This document shows positions 36,728 through 45,153 of a stretch of 64,000 nt of DNA, piece by piece. How positions within the stretch are numbered: position 1 is the stretch's first letter; every line of letters begins with the position of its first letter. Made by a program: the position numbers and the translations under genes. The notes below the pieces were generated by a model that saw nothing but the letters and a program-made list of their open reading frames with translations, was not told the DNA's origin and searched no databases. Source of the stretch: Smithellaceae bacterium (lineage in GTDB: Bacteria; Desulfobacterota; Syntrophia; Syntrophales; Smithellaceae); the NCBI GenBank assembly GCA_028693285.1, contig JAQUVQ010000001.1, forward strand, positions 11,664-75,663, in the 5' to 3' direction.

Positions 36728-37957
36728 ATGAAAATATCAAAAATCGAACTTTACCACGTATCGGTTCCTCTCAAGGAAACCTTCTGGCCGACCTGGATTC
36801 CCGGATACCCGCAGACGCACAACAAATTTACACTGATCCGCCTGGTAACGGATGAAGGAATCGAGGGGTGGTCGGCCGGCTCCGCCCTGGGTGTGGAACG
36901 CGAAGGACTGGGAGACCTTCTGGGCGGATACCTCCTTGGCGCCGACCCCTCCGATATCGACCGGGTTCAGGGATTGCTGAAACAGGCCGGTTTTCTCGGC
37001 TGGAGAAATTTCTGGATAGAACCCGCCTGCTGGGACATCATGGGGAAAAAGGCGGGAAAACCCGTTTACGAGCTTTTGGGCGGCAACGCCCGCCCCATTG
37101 AAGTCTATTGTTCAACCGGGGAAATGCGTGATCCGGCCCAAAGGATTGAAGGCCTGCAGGAAATGAAAAAACAGGGATTCAAGTGCGCCAAGCTTCGTGT
37201 AAAAAGCATCCGGCTGGAGGATGATATCCGTCAGATCGAGGCCGTCCGAAAAGGCGTAGGCGATGACTTTGTGCTGGGGGTGGATGCTAATCAGGGCTGG
37301 CTTGTCACCATCGTGGACAAAATTCCGGCGTGGGACCTTGCCAGGGCGAAGACGTTTGCCGACGCCTGCGCCGCGAACGGCTTTGAATGGCTTGAAGAAC
37401 CCCTGGACTCGAGGGACTATGACGGCAATGCCGAACTGAAAAAATATTCCAAAGTGAAAATCGCGGGCGCCGAGCTGAACTACGGCTGGGACGAAATAAA
37501 AATCATGTTTGAAAAGGACTGCTTCCACATCTATCAGCCCGACGCCACCTTTGCCGGCGGGATCGCCCAGGTCAAAAAAGTGATTGATGAATGTAAAAAG
37601 CGCGACCGCCTCTACACGCCGCACACCTGGACCAACGGCATCGGCTTTTACGTGAACTGGAACCTGGTTCTGGCGGACCGGGACAACAAGCTCCCTCTGG
37701 AGTATCCTCTTGAATATCCATCGTGGATACCTCAGTTCCGGGAGGGAATCATATCCCCGATCATTCCGGATAAAAACGCCATGCTGCAGCCGTTTAAGAC
37801 GCCCGGACTCGGGTTCGAAATCAACAAAAAGCTCCTGGGAAAATACGGCAAACGCTTCTTTAAAATGACGGAAACCGGTCTTAAAATAAAAGTCATTCGG
37901 GAAAAAGGCCTGAGAGAAGCCCTGAATCTGAAGAAAAGGAAAGAATCAAAGGCATAG
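36728..37957 (+). CDS. enolase-superfamily enzyme (mandelate racemase / muconate lactonizing enzyme family)
   Basis: 409 aa. Capping domain, then a barrel with the metal-ligand pattern GVDANQGW ... EWLEEP ... IAGAELNY, and HTW near the end. Substrate unknown. Confidence 0.8.
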   Translation: MKISKIELYHVSVPLKETFWPTWIPGYPQTHNKFTLIRLVTDEGIEGWSAGSALGVEREGLGDLLGGYLLGADPSDIDRVQGLLKQAGFLGWRNFWIEPACWDIMGKKAGKPVYELLGGNARPIEVYCSTGEMRDPAQRIEGLQEMKKQGFKCAKLRVKSIRLEDDIRQIEAVRKGVGDDFVLGVDANQGWLVTIVDKIPAWDLARAKTFADACAANGFEWLEEPLDSRDYDGNAELKKYSKVKIAGAELNYGWDEIKIMFEKDCFHIYQPDATFAGGIAQVKKVIDECKKRDRLYTPHTWTNGIGFYVNWNLVLADRDNKLPLEYPLEYPSWIPQFREGIISPIIPDKNAMLQPFKTPGLGFEINKKLLGKYGKRFFKMTETGLKIKVIREKGLREALNLKKRKESKA

Positions 37958-38023
37958 AAAATTCAAACCAGCCGTTTCATTGTCCGGCCAGAACTGAAAC
38001 TAAAACAGAGAAGGAGAACGACC

Positions 38024-39409
38024 ATGAAAGGCAAATCCTCCCCATGTCCCGCGCGCTGGAGATTGCGACTGATTTTTTTGATCCTGCCGGTTCTGATGAT
38101 GCTCAACGCCGGAGCGGCTTTTGCCGGAGAAACCCTCTACCGCAATCTTTCAGCGGCGGCAAAAAATAAAGATTCCACCCTTTTCACGGAACTGACCGCA
38201 AGCGGCCGGACAGCCGACTGGGCAACAGCCGAAGAAACGGCGTTCGAAGGAAATCTGCGCTTCCTGGAAGGCGTCATGCCCGCGGACGGCGAACCCTCCG
38301 GACTTTTTATGGTTCGGCGCCTCGACGGCCAGCTCTTTATCGTGTCTATTCCTCCGGCCCGGGAAATGGAAAAAACCGGAACCGCGCGGCACTATGCCAA
38401 CCTCAAAGAGATGCTGGGCAACAAACTGGTTTTCAAGGCTCTTCTGGCGGAAGGGATTGTGAACGGGAAATCCTACACCTACATCCGTTTTCTCGAACCT
38501 CCGGCCCAGCTCATGCTGGACCGGATTTTTAAAGTTTCCATCGTTTTGATGTTTTTCTTCGTCATGCTCGGAATGGGCCTCAACCTGACCGTCAACGATT
38601 TCAAGCTGGTCGTTCAGAAACCGAAAGGGATCGCCGTCGGCATTCTTCTGCAGTGGTTTCTCATGCCCCTGCTGGCCCTGGGGATGGCGTATGCCCTGGG
38701 CTTTTACCATAACTTTCCCTTTATCTATGCCGGCCTCGTGTTGATCTGCGCCTGCCCCGGCGGGGTCACTTCCAATCTCATGACCTACTATGCCAAAGGG
38801 GATTTGGCGCTTTCCATCTCATTGACGTCCATTTCCACGCTGCTGGCCCTGTTCTTCACCCCTCTGATCATGACGGTCTTATGCGCCAACATTCCCGACA
38901 TCAACATCCCCACGGGGCTGATCGTGCAGACCATCATCGTTCTGGTGATTGTGCCCCTGATCCTCGGCATGTCCATCCGGCACAAATGGCTTAACTTTGC
39001 CGTCAAAACCACGCCGTTTTTCTCGGCTCTCGGCGTGATCGCCCTGCTGCTGGTCATTGGCGTGGGACTTTATACCAACGTTGAAAAATTCGCGGAAACC
39101 CATCGATACAGTGTCGTGTTTTACATCATGGTCGTTTTCCTGTCGGTCATGGGAATGCTGCTTGCCGCTTTCGTTCCCAAACTCTTCCGGATAGAAAACT
39201 ATCAGGCCAGGGCCATCTCGATAGAGGTGGGCCTGCGCAACTCTACGCTGGCCATAACAATTGCCCTGTTAATTCAGGACCTTATGGGTGACTTCTACAG
39301 CTCCATGTTCGTCACGACGGCCATTTACGGCATTACGATGTATATAACCGGTTTTTTAATGATCCTTTTGTATAAAAAGATTCTGCCTCTGGAGGCGCAA
39401 AAATCCTGA
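38024..39409 (+). CDS. bile acid:sodium symporter (BASS/SBF) family transporter with ~165-aa N-terminal extracytoplasmic extension
   Basis: BASS core from about aa 165: MLGMGLNLTVNDFKLVVQKPKGIAVGILLQWFLMPLLALGMAYAL...CPGGVTSNLMTYYAKGDLALSISLTSISTLLALFFTPL. The N-terminus has a signal/anchor (LRLIFLILPVLMMLNAGAAFA) and an unassigned soluble domain. Confidence 0.85.
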   Translation: MKGKSSPCPARWRLRLIFLILPVLMMLNAGAAFAGETLYRNLSAAAKNKDSTLFTELTASGRTADWATAEETAFEGNLRFLEGVMPADGEPSGLFMVRRLDGQLFIVSIPPAREMEKTGTARHYANLKEMLGNKLVFKALLAEGIVNGKSYTYIRFLEPPAQLMLDRIFKVSIVLMFFFVMLGMGLNLTVNDFKLVVQKPKGIAVGILLQWFLMPLLALGMAYALGFYHNFPFIYAGLVLICACPGGVTSNLMTYYAKGDLALSISLTSISTLLALFFTPLIMTVLCANIPDINIPTGLIVQTIIVLVIVPLILGMSIRHKWLNFAVKTTPFFSALGVIALLLVIGVGLYTNVEKFAETHRYSVVFYIMVVFLSVMGMLLAAFVPKLFRIENYQARAISIEVGLRNSTLAITIALLIQDLMGDFYSSMFVTTAIYGITMYITGFLMILLYKKILPLEAQKS

Positions 39410-39427
39410 AACAGGGCCTGCTCAGGT

Positions 39428-40252
39428 TTAACGTCCCTGCTTCAGCAGATTTTGCCAGGTGTGACGCTCCAAAAACGAGCCGGGGACATTTTGCTCCATT
39501 TCTTCAAACAGGGCGAAAGTCACGGCAAAGGTCATGAAATTGGAATCGCCGAGCTGCCTGCGGACATAGTCGCGGGCGGAAAGATCGGTCATGCCCACCA
39601 CGGCGCGGGGCCTGGCGGATTTTGATTCGCGATAAGGATAGATGCCGATCGTCTGGCAGCCCGCCGCATACGGCATGGTCACGTTTTCATTATCGCCGCG
39701 TCCGTAGTTGGCCAGCACCGTCAGAGCGGAAAGCTGGTCGGGATCGGCAAAGAAAATAATCGTCTGCGGTTTTTCTTTGGCCGGATCGACGTCGGAAAGC
39801 GGTTTAAAGACAACGTAGGCAGAGGGAACGTCCGTCATCGGCAGAGCCTCGACAAATTTTTCCACCAGCTTCGGATTTTTGATATAGCGCTCGCCCTGCA
39901 GAAAATTTTCATAACTCTCTTTGGTCATGAAGGGCTTGACCTGCTCGGCAAGCTCGGCGCCGCCGGGGCGACCGGCATTCCCCGAGGACAGAAAATAGCA
40001 GAACCCCTCCAGGCCGCCGGGAAAATTCAGATACTGATTGCCGAACCCAAGCCCGACCCCGCCGCCGACACAGCCGAAGGTTTTTTTATCGGCCGCGGCA
40101 GACCGTCCCTTGGCCGCCGAAACGGCGAGCCACATCACGCAGCCCCACTTGCCGGGGGAAAACTGCATTGCGCCTTCGGGCTTTTCATCCGACCACAGAA
40201 TCGCCACCGGCTCATATTGAAGTTGAAGGGCTTTGGCTATAAGGCTTTCCAT
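39428..40252 (-). CDS. DUF169 domain-containing protein (COG2043-like)
   Basis: 274 aa. LQLQYEPVAILWSDEKPEGA...KWGCVMWL...FGCVGGGVGLGFG, a pattern I recognise as DUF169. Function unknown. Confidence 0.65.
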   Translation of the reverse strand: MESLIAKALQLQYEPVAILWSDEKPEGAMQFSPGKWGCVMWLAVSAAKGRSAAADKKTFGCVGGGVGLGFGNQYLNFPGGLEGFCYFLSSGNAGRPGGAELAEQVKPFMTKESYENFLQGERYIKNPKLVEKFVEALPMTDVPSAYVVFKPLSDVDPAKEKPQTIIFFADPDQLSALTVLANYGRGDNENVTMPYAAGCQTIGIYPYRESKSARPRAVVGMTDLSARDYVRRQLGDSNFMTFAVTFALFEEMEQNVPGSFLERHTWQNLLKQGR

Positions 40253-40295
40253 ACGGGTTCCTCCTCATGGTTTTGTGAATTATACTTTTCGTACC

Positions 40296-40320
40296 GCGAA
40301 AAAGAAAGGTTCTTTTTCGC
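40296..40320. promoter_or_regulatory. perfect 11-bp inverted repeat GCGAAAAAGAA-AGG-TTCTTTTTCGC
   Basis: Read directly from the sequence. It lies 44 nt upstream of the DUF169 start codon, in the divergent DUF169/asmA control region. Confidence 0.5.
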
Positions 40321-40415
40321 CCGGCCCGGCGATTCCTTATCCCGCGGGCGTCGCTATTCCAACATCCCGGGCTGGAATCGGTTGCGGTCTTTCTCAAAAA
40401 AAACCCCCTGGAGTC

Positions 40416-40445
40416 TTGACACGCCAAACGGCCTTGGCCTATACT
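40416..40445 (+). promoter_or_regulatory. candidate sigma-70 promoter of asmA
   Basis: TTGACA (40416-40421), 18-nt spacer, TATACT (40440-40445). Predicts a leader of about 105 nt. Confidence 0.5.
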
Positions 40446-40558
40446 CCGGAAGCACAAAATATCTTCCATTATTTTTCCATCCATCGACCGGGGACCGCAT
40501 GAACAGATATCGTCCATTAAGAAAACAATAGCCCCTGAATCGCTTCGGAGGATCCGCC

Positions 40559-42697
40559 ATGAAAAAGCCCCTGAAAATCGCCGTCATCATCCTTGCCGTC
40601 ATTCTCGCCGTCATCGTCGCCGTGTCCGTGCTGATCAAGTCCTTCCTGACGGAAGAGAGGGTGCGCGCGCTCGTTGTGGAGACGGTGGAAAAGTCGCTTC
40701 ACCGCAAGACCGTGATCGGCGCGGTTGATGTCAGTCTCTTTCGGGGAATTGTCGTCCGGGATTTTGAAATCCGCGAGCCAGATGCCGAGTCCGTCTTTTT
40801 CAGAACAAAGGAATTTATTCTTGCGTATCAGCTCCTGCCCCTGCTGACCCGAAGGCTGGTGATCGATCAACTGAGCATCACGGACGCCGAAATCAGCGTG
40901 AAGGTCAACCCCGACGGCACCTATAATTTCTCCGACATGGCCCGGACGGATAAGCCCGAGGAGATCAAGGAAGAAGAGAAAGGCGCTTCGGGGCTTCCGG
41001 TCGCCCTGAATGTGAAAACCATCAGGATCGAAAACGCAAAGCTCGGCTACGCGGACCCTATGGGAAAACTTCAGAAAGCGGATGTGGTTCTCCAGGCGGA
41101 GTTAAACCTCACCGGACATTCGCCATCCGCTCTTTCCTCGTCGGGATCGTTCGAGGTCACCCTGGCTCAGGCGGTGGTGAAGGACAAAAAGACGACACTG
41201 AAAGACCTACGGACGACGGCCCGCTACAGTCTGGACGCGGACATGGAGGCGAAGCGTCTGACCCTCCATTTTGTCGATCTGGATATTATGAAAATCCCCG
41301 TCAACATTTCGGGCACGGTGGACTATGCTTCGCCCACTGCCTATGCTCTGGCCGTCAAGGTGCCGGACTGCAATCTCTCGCAAATCCCTCCGGATCTCGC
41401 CTCCGCCTTCCTCCCCGGGGAAATGACCTTCGGCGGAAATATATCGATCCTCCTTCATCTTGCCAAAAAAGCCGGTGCGGAAAATTCCGCGGATATCGAC
41501 GGCCAGATCAGGATGAACCGGACCTCCTTCGCCAATCAGAGCCTGAACCTTGTTTTGGATGGGATCGTGAAACTGACGCAGGATGTAATCCGGCTGGAAA
41601 GCGTAAAGCTTATCGCCGGCCGCAATGCAGCCGACATTTCGGGAGCGGTGAAAAACTACCGGGAAACCCCCGACATCACCGTCAGCGTCCAAAGCAAATT
41701 CATCTCTCTCGATGACCTCCTGGTTCCCGCCCCCGCTTCCGCCAAATCGCGGGAGAAGGCTGAAGCCGGCAAAGATAAAAAAAGTATGGAGGCGAAAAAG
41801 GAATTGGAGCCGATGGATTTGAAGCTGAAAGTCAACGCTTCTCTGGACATCGATAAAACCAGCTACAAGGGAATTGCCATCACCGGCTTCAGATCCCGGT
41901 ATGAGCTCAAAAACAACCTCTTCACCGTCCCTTACCTGAAAGGCAACACGCTGAGCGGCGCCTTTGCGCTTAAGGGAGCCGTCAACCTGGCGCAAAAAGG
42001 AACCCGATACAATCTCCACGCGGACCTGAACGGCGTCCGGGTGGAAGAACTGGTCCAGATCGCCGCGCCAAAAGCAAAGGGCGTGATTTCCGGAGTGCTG
42101 TCCGGCAAGGCGGAGTTTACCGGCGCGGGCACGCTTTCCGAAAACATCAAGCGCAACCTGAAGGGAAACGGCAAATTCACGATTCAGAAGGGAGCCTTGA
42201 AAAATGCCGAAATCATCACCGGCCTTCTGGCCATCCTCGGGCTGAAAGGAATGAAAGAAATTCCCATCGATAAGGCCGACAGCACTTTTACCGTTGCCGA
42301 CGGGATCGTGAATCTCAAAACGCTGATCGGCGGCAAAGACATGATGATCGATGAAAAGGGAACGATCGGAATGGACCAAAAGCTGGACCTTGGCGTTCTG
42401 GTCAAGGTTTCCGACCGACTGGCGCCCGGCGTGGTCAGCCAGTCGTCCGTCGCCAAGTTTCTTTCCGGCGAAAAGGGATGGACCAGCGTACCGCTGAAAG
42501 TGGAAGGCACCCTCTCCAAGCCGTCCTACGGCATCGACACGAAAGCCGTCGGCAAAAAAGTGACGGAAGGCCTGCAGCAAAAGGCGGGCGAAGAGCTGCG
42601 CAATATTCTGCTGAAAGACCGAAAGCCGCCCGCCGCGGGCAAAGAGGGCAAAAGTTCAAACGGCAAAAGTCTGATCCGGGATATCTTCGGCAGATGA
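40559..42697 (+). CDS. asmA: AsmA family outer-membrane biogenesis protein
   Basis: 712 aa. N-terminal anchor (KIAVIILAVILAVIVAVSVLI) followed by a long repetitive beta-rich periplasmic region and an AsmA_2-like C-terminus. Confidence 0.75.
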   Translation: MKKPLKIAVIILAVILAVIVAVSVLIKSFLTEERVRALVVETVEKSLHRKTVIGAVDVSLFRGIVVRDFEIREPDAESVFFRTKEFILAYQLLPLLTRRLVIDQLSITDAEISVKVNPDGTYNFSDMARTDKPEEIKEEEKGASGLPVALNVKTIRIENAKLGYADPMGKLQKADVVLQAELNLTGHSPSALSSSGSFEVTLAQAVVKDKKTTLKDLRTTARYSLDADMEAKRLTLHFVDLDIMKIPVNISGTVDYASPTAYALAVKVPDCNLSQIPPDLASAFLPGEMTFGGNISILLHLAKKAGAENSADIDGQIRMNRTSFANQSLNLVLDGIVKLTQDVIRLESVKLIAGRNAADISGAVKNYRETPDITVSVQSKFISLDDLLVPAPASAKSREKAEAGKDKKSMEAKKELEPMDLKLKVNASLDIDKTSYKGIAITGFRSRYELKNNLFTVPYLKGNTLSGAFALKGAVNLAQKGTRYNLHADLNGVRVEELVQIAAPKAKGVISGVLSGKAEFTGAGTLSENIKRNLKGNGKFTIQKGALKNAEIITGLLAILGLKGMKEIPIDKADSTFTVADGIVNLKTLIGGKDMMIDEKGTIGMDQKLDLGVLVKVSDRLAPGVVSQSSVAKFLSGEKGWTSVPLKVEGTLSKPSYGIDTKAVGKKVTEGLQQKAGEELRNILLKDRKPPAAGKEGKSSNGKSLIRDIFGR

Positions 42698-43060
42698 TTT
42701 TCGATTGAAAGAGCGTGTTACATCGGAGCGTCTGCGCGTCACTTTTGCGGCCGATGCAAGCATGGTATTGCTCTACTGAAACATCGGATTGGCCATTCGT
42801 GGAAGAGCTCAAAGTGCAGCCCATCTCCATTCGCGGCATTCAGCGCCGCATGGAACGTTATGCCCGCAAGAAGAACGGAAAACTTTTTGTCCACAAGGGA
42901 ATTCATGATAGTTGACTGTAATGTTGTTTATTTAATTTTGCTATTTTATGCTACATTATAAGTGGTAATAGTTGAATAAATTGCCGATAAGATTAATTAT
43001 CATGGTTCGTTTCATCGCATAATGCTAAATTGTCTTATTACGAAAAAAGGAGGAAGGACA

Positions 43061-43579
43061 ATGGGAACAGTCTTAAAAAGTGCTTTGCCGCTGTTTATTT
43101 TTATGATGGCACTATCGGTGATGTCGTGCGCCAACACAGAGGATAATGAATTGTTTGTTCACAAATCACCCGATTTTACTTTGACCGTTCCCAAATGGGT
43201 TGATCAAAAAGCCTCGCAGGATCCGTATAATATTTTCAGGAGACAGCCCTACGCCGGGGCGGCTACAACTCTTGACATTGCGATAAAAGATATTCCCGCC
43301 GGCAGGACTTATCGTGAGACGCCAAGTGTATTTAAAAAGGGCCTTGAGAGCCTGTGGAAGGGCTCTGACGTTAAAATACTTCATGAAAGAGAAATTAAAC
43401 TGAAGGATGGCACACAGGCATACGAGTTTGAGGTGAAATGGAAATATGGAATGTGGCCTTTACGTTCCTATGCTGTGGTCGTTTTTAAAGATAATAAAGC
43501 AATTTTGGCTGTCGTCACCTCATTATTGCGGGTCGGAGACAACCTGAAGCAGTATCCTCTTTCTCTGAAATTGAAATAG
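43061..43579 (+). CDS. hypothetical lipoprotein (low-GC islet)
   Basis: ATG 43061 is preceded by an AAGGAGGA SD. Signal peptide with lipobox LSVMSC. 172 aa. I recognise no family. Confidence 0.6.
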   Translation: MGTVLKSALPLFIFMMALSVMSCANTEDNELFVHKSPDFTLTVPKWVDQKASQDPYNIFRRQPYAGAATTLDIAIKDIPAGRTYRETPSVFKKGLESLWKGSDVKILHEREIKLKDGTQAYEFEVKWKYGMWPLRSYAVVVFKDNKAILAVVTSLLRVGDNLKQYPLSLKLK

Positions 43580-43610
43580 CAGGAAGCACAAAACATCGTA
43601 AAAGAATAAT

Positions 43611-45029
43611 ATGGAAAACACCCAAAACCGCTTCGTGTATCTGGATAATATCAGAAACGTTCTTGTTTACAATGTTGTTCTGGTACACGTTATTTCAATG
43701 TTCGCCTATCCGCTATCGTTCTGGTGGGCTGTCATTGATAAAGAGGGGTCATCCAGATTTTATGAGACATCTCTGATCCCGATGGACATTTATTTGATGC
43801 CCTGCCTGCTGTTTATTGCCGCACTATTCATCTTTCCATCATTGAAAAAAAGCACTCCCCTTGAGTACATAAAAAATAGATTTATGCGGCTTTATGTGCC
43901 GGTCATCGTTTTTCTCTTTTGTGCAGGTGATGTCTTCAATCAGCTCCGCTTGAAAAGGTTGAATCCTGTCAGTCCGGATTATTCAGAGACATTTCTTAAT
44001 TTCTGGCGTGCTTTTGTTGACATGCCTGGAATCTATCTAACCAGTTCCCAAAAAACATTGAATACGGTTGATTTTAACCTTTCGCATACCTGGTTTTTGA
44101 CTTTGCTCTTTTTGATAACACTGGCGGTTGTTTTATTGAGCCTGCCTTTCAAAAGAAAAAACAGTGAACCAAAAAAAGTGAACAGCCGAAAAAAAATTAT
44201 ACTTCAAACCATCGTCTTTGCCGTGATGATGAGCATTGTTTATGCCGCCGCCATGATAAATTATGTAATTCATCATATTGATTTTGGTTCATGGATCATT
44301 ATAGGCAAGACGCTGCAGTTTCAAACCGATAAAATCTGGATACTTATCCCTATGTTTTTATTCGGCTTATATGCTTACAAAAAAGAGTGGCTCACCCGGG
44401 GTGATATCGGCACCTGGAAGATATGGGGAGTACTGGCATTCATTCCTCTTGCACTATATGTTCTTTTTTACCATATCGGCATCCTGTCCACACTTGACGA
44501 AATATTAAAAGTTGTTGAGCATAATATGCAATTTGACAATAAAATAGCTTCGCCGCTTATGGATGGTTCCGTTCAGCTTTCATTTTTGTGCACCTGGGTT
44601 TTATTGCCGCCGGCATGCATTTTTCTTTTGATGTTTTTTCTTTCTTTTGCTAAAAGATTCTTCAACAAACCGAATGCGATAACAACCTTTTGCTCAAAAC
44701 ATTCCATCAATGTGTATATTCTTCATTATATCCCTGTTCTTATTTTACAATATACCTTTCTGAATGTGCCCATTATACCTGTTTTGAAAGTGATGCTGAT
44801 GACCGTTATCGTGATTCCCGCGTGTTTGTGGTTGAGCCATCGCCTGGTGTATCCGTATCCTAAAATAGCCATCGGCTTCTTTATCGCTCTGAAGCTGGTC
44901 GCACTCGCTGCCGGGTTTACCTTTTACTACTTAGCGCTCCTTGCCCTGATTTTCATCTCGTTTGCCGGTGCTATCCATGAATCTGCAAGATTCGTAGTCG
45001 CCCAAAAGGACAGGCTGAAATCTGCATGA
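43611..45029 (+). CDS. acyltransferase family 3 (OafA/YrhL-like) integral membrane protein
   Basis: 472 aa. The N-terminal RFVYLDNIRNVLVYNVVLVHV matches the acyltransferase_3 R-x(n)-D-x(2)-R ... H pattern. About 10-11 hydrophobic segments. Visibly AT-rich codon usage. Confidence 0.7.
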   Translation: MENTQNRFVYLDNIRNVLVYNVVLVHVISMFAYPLSFWWAVIDKEGSSRFYETSLIPMDIYLMPCLLFIAALFIFPSLKKSTPLEYIKNRFMRLYVPVIVFLFCAGDVFNQLRLKRLNPVSPDYSETFLNFWRAFVDMPGIYLTSSQKTLNTVDFNLSHTWFLTLLFLITLAVVLLSLPFKRKNSEPKKVNSRKKIILQTIVFAVMMSIVYAAAMINYVIHHIDFGSWIIIGKTLQFQTDKIWILIPMFLFGLYAYKKEWLTRGDIGTWKIWGVLAFIPLALYVLFYHIGILSTLDEILKVVEHNMQFDNKIASPLMDGSVQLSFLCTWVLLPPACIFLLMFFLSFAKRFFNKPNAITTFCSKHSINVYILHYIPVLILQYTFLNVPIIPVLKVMLMTVIVIPACLWLSHRLVYPYPKIAIGFFIALKLVALAAGFTFYYLALLALIFISFAGAIHESARFVVAQKDRLKSA

Positions 45030-45153
45030 TACGGACAAAGAGATTGGCATTCCCTTTTATGCACGTTTCATCTGGTAATAATTGATGTTGGGGAATTGAT
45101 CGGCGTGAACATTAGCAGGTGAAAGATAAAAGTACGTATTAAACGGATGAACC

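Noticed and set aside
42715-42915. A 66-aa orphan ORF considered as a tyrosine-recombinase pseudogene. It has an ISIRGIQRRMERYARK-like segment, and an RH...GHS-like segment in another frame.
   Set aside because: The two motif-like segments are in the wrong order and in different frames for a tyrosine recombinase, and each is short enough to be chance. I keep it only as a weak hint of a mobile-element remnant in the islet finding, and did not annotate it as a feature.
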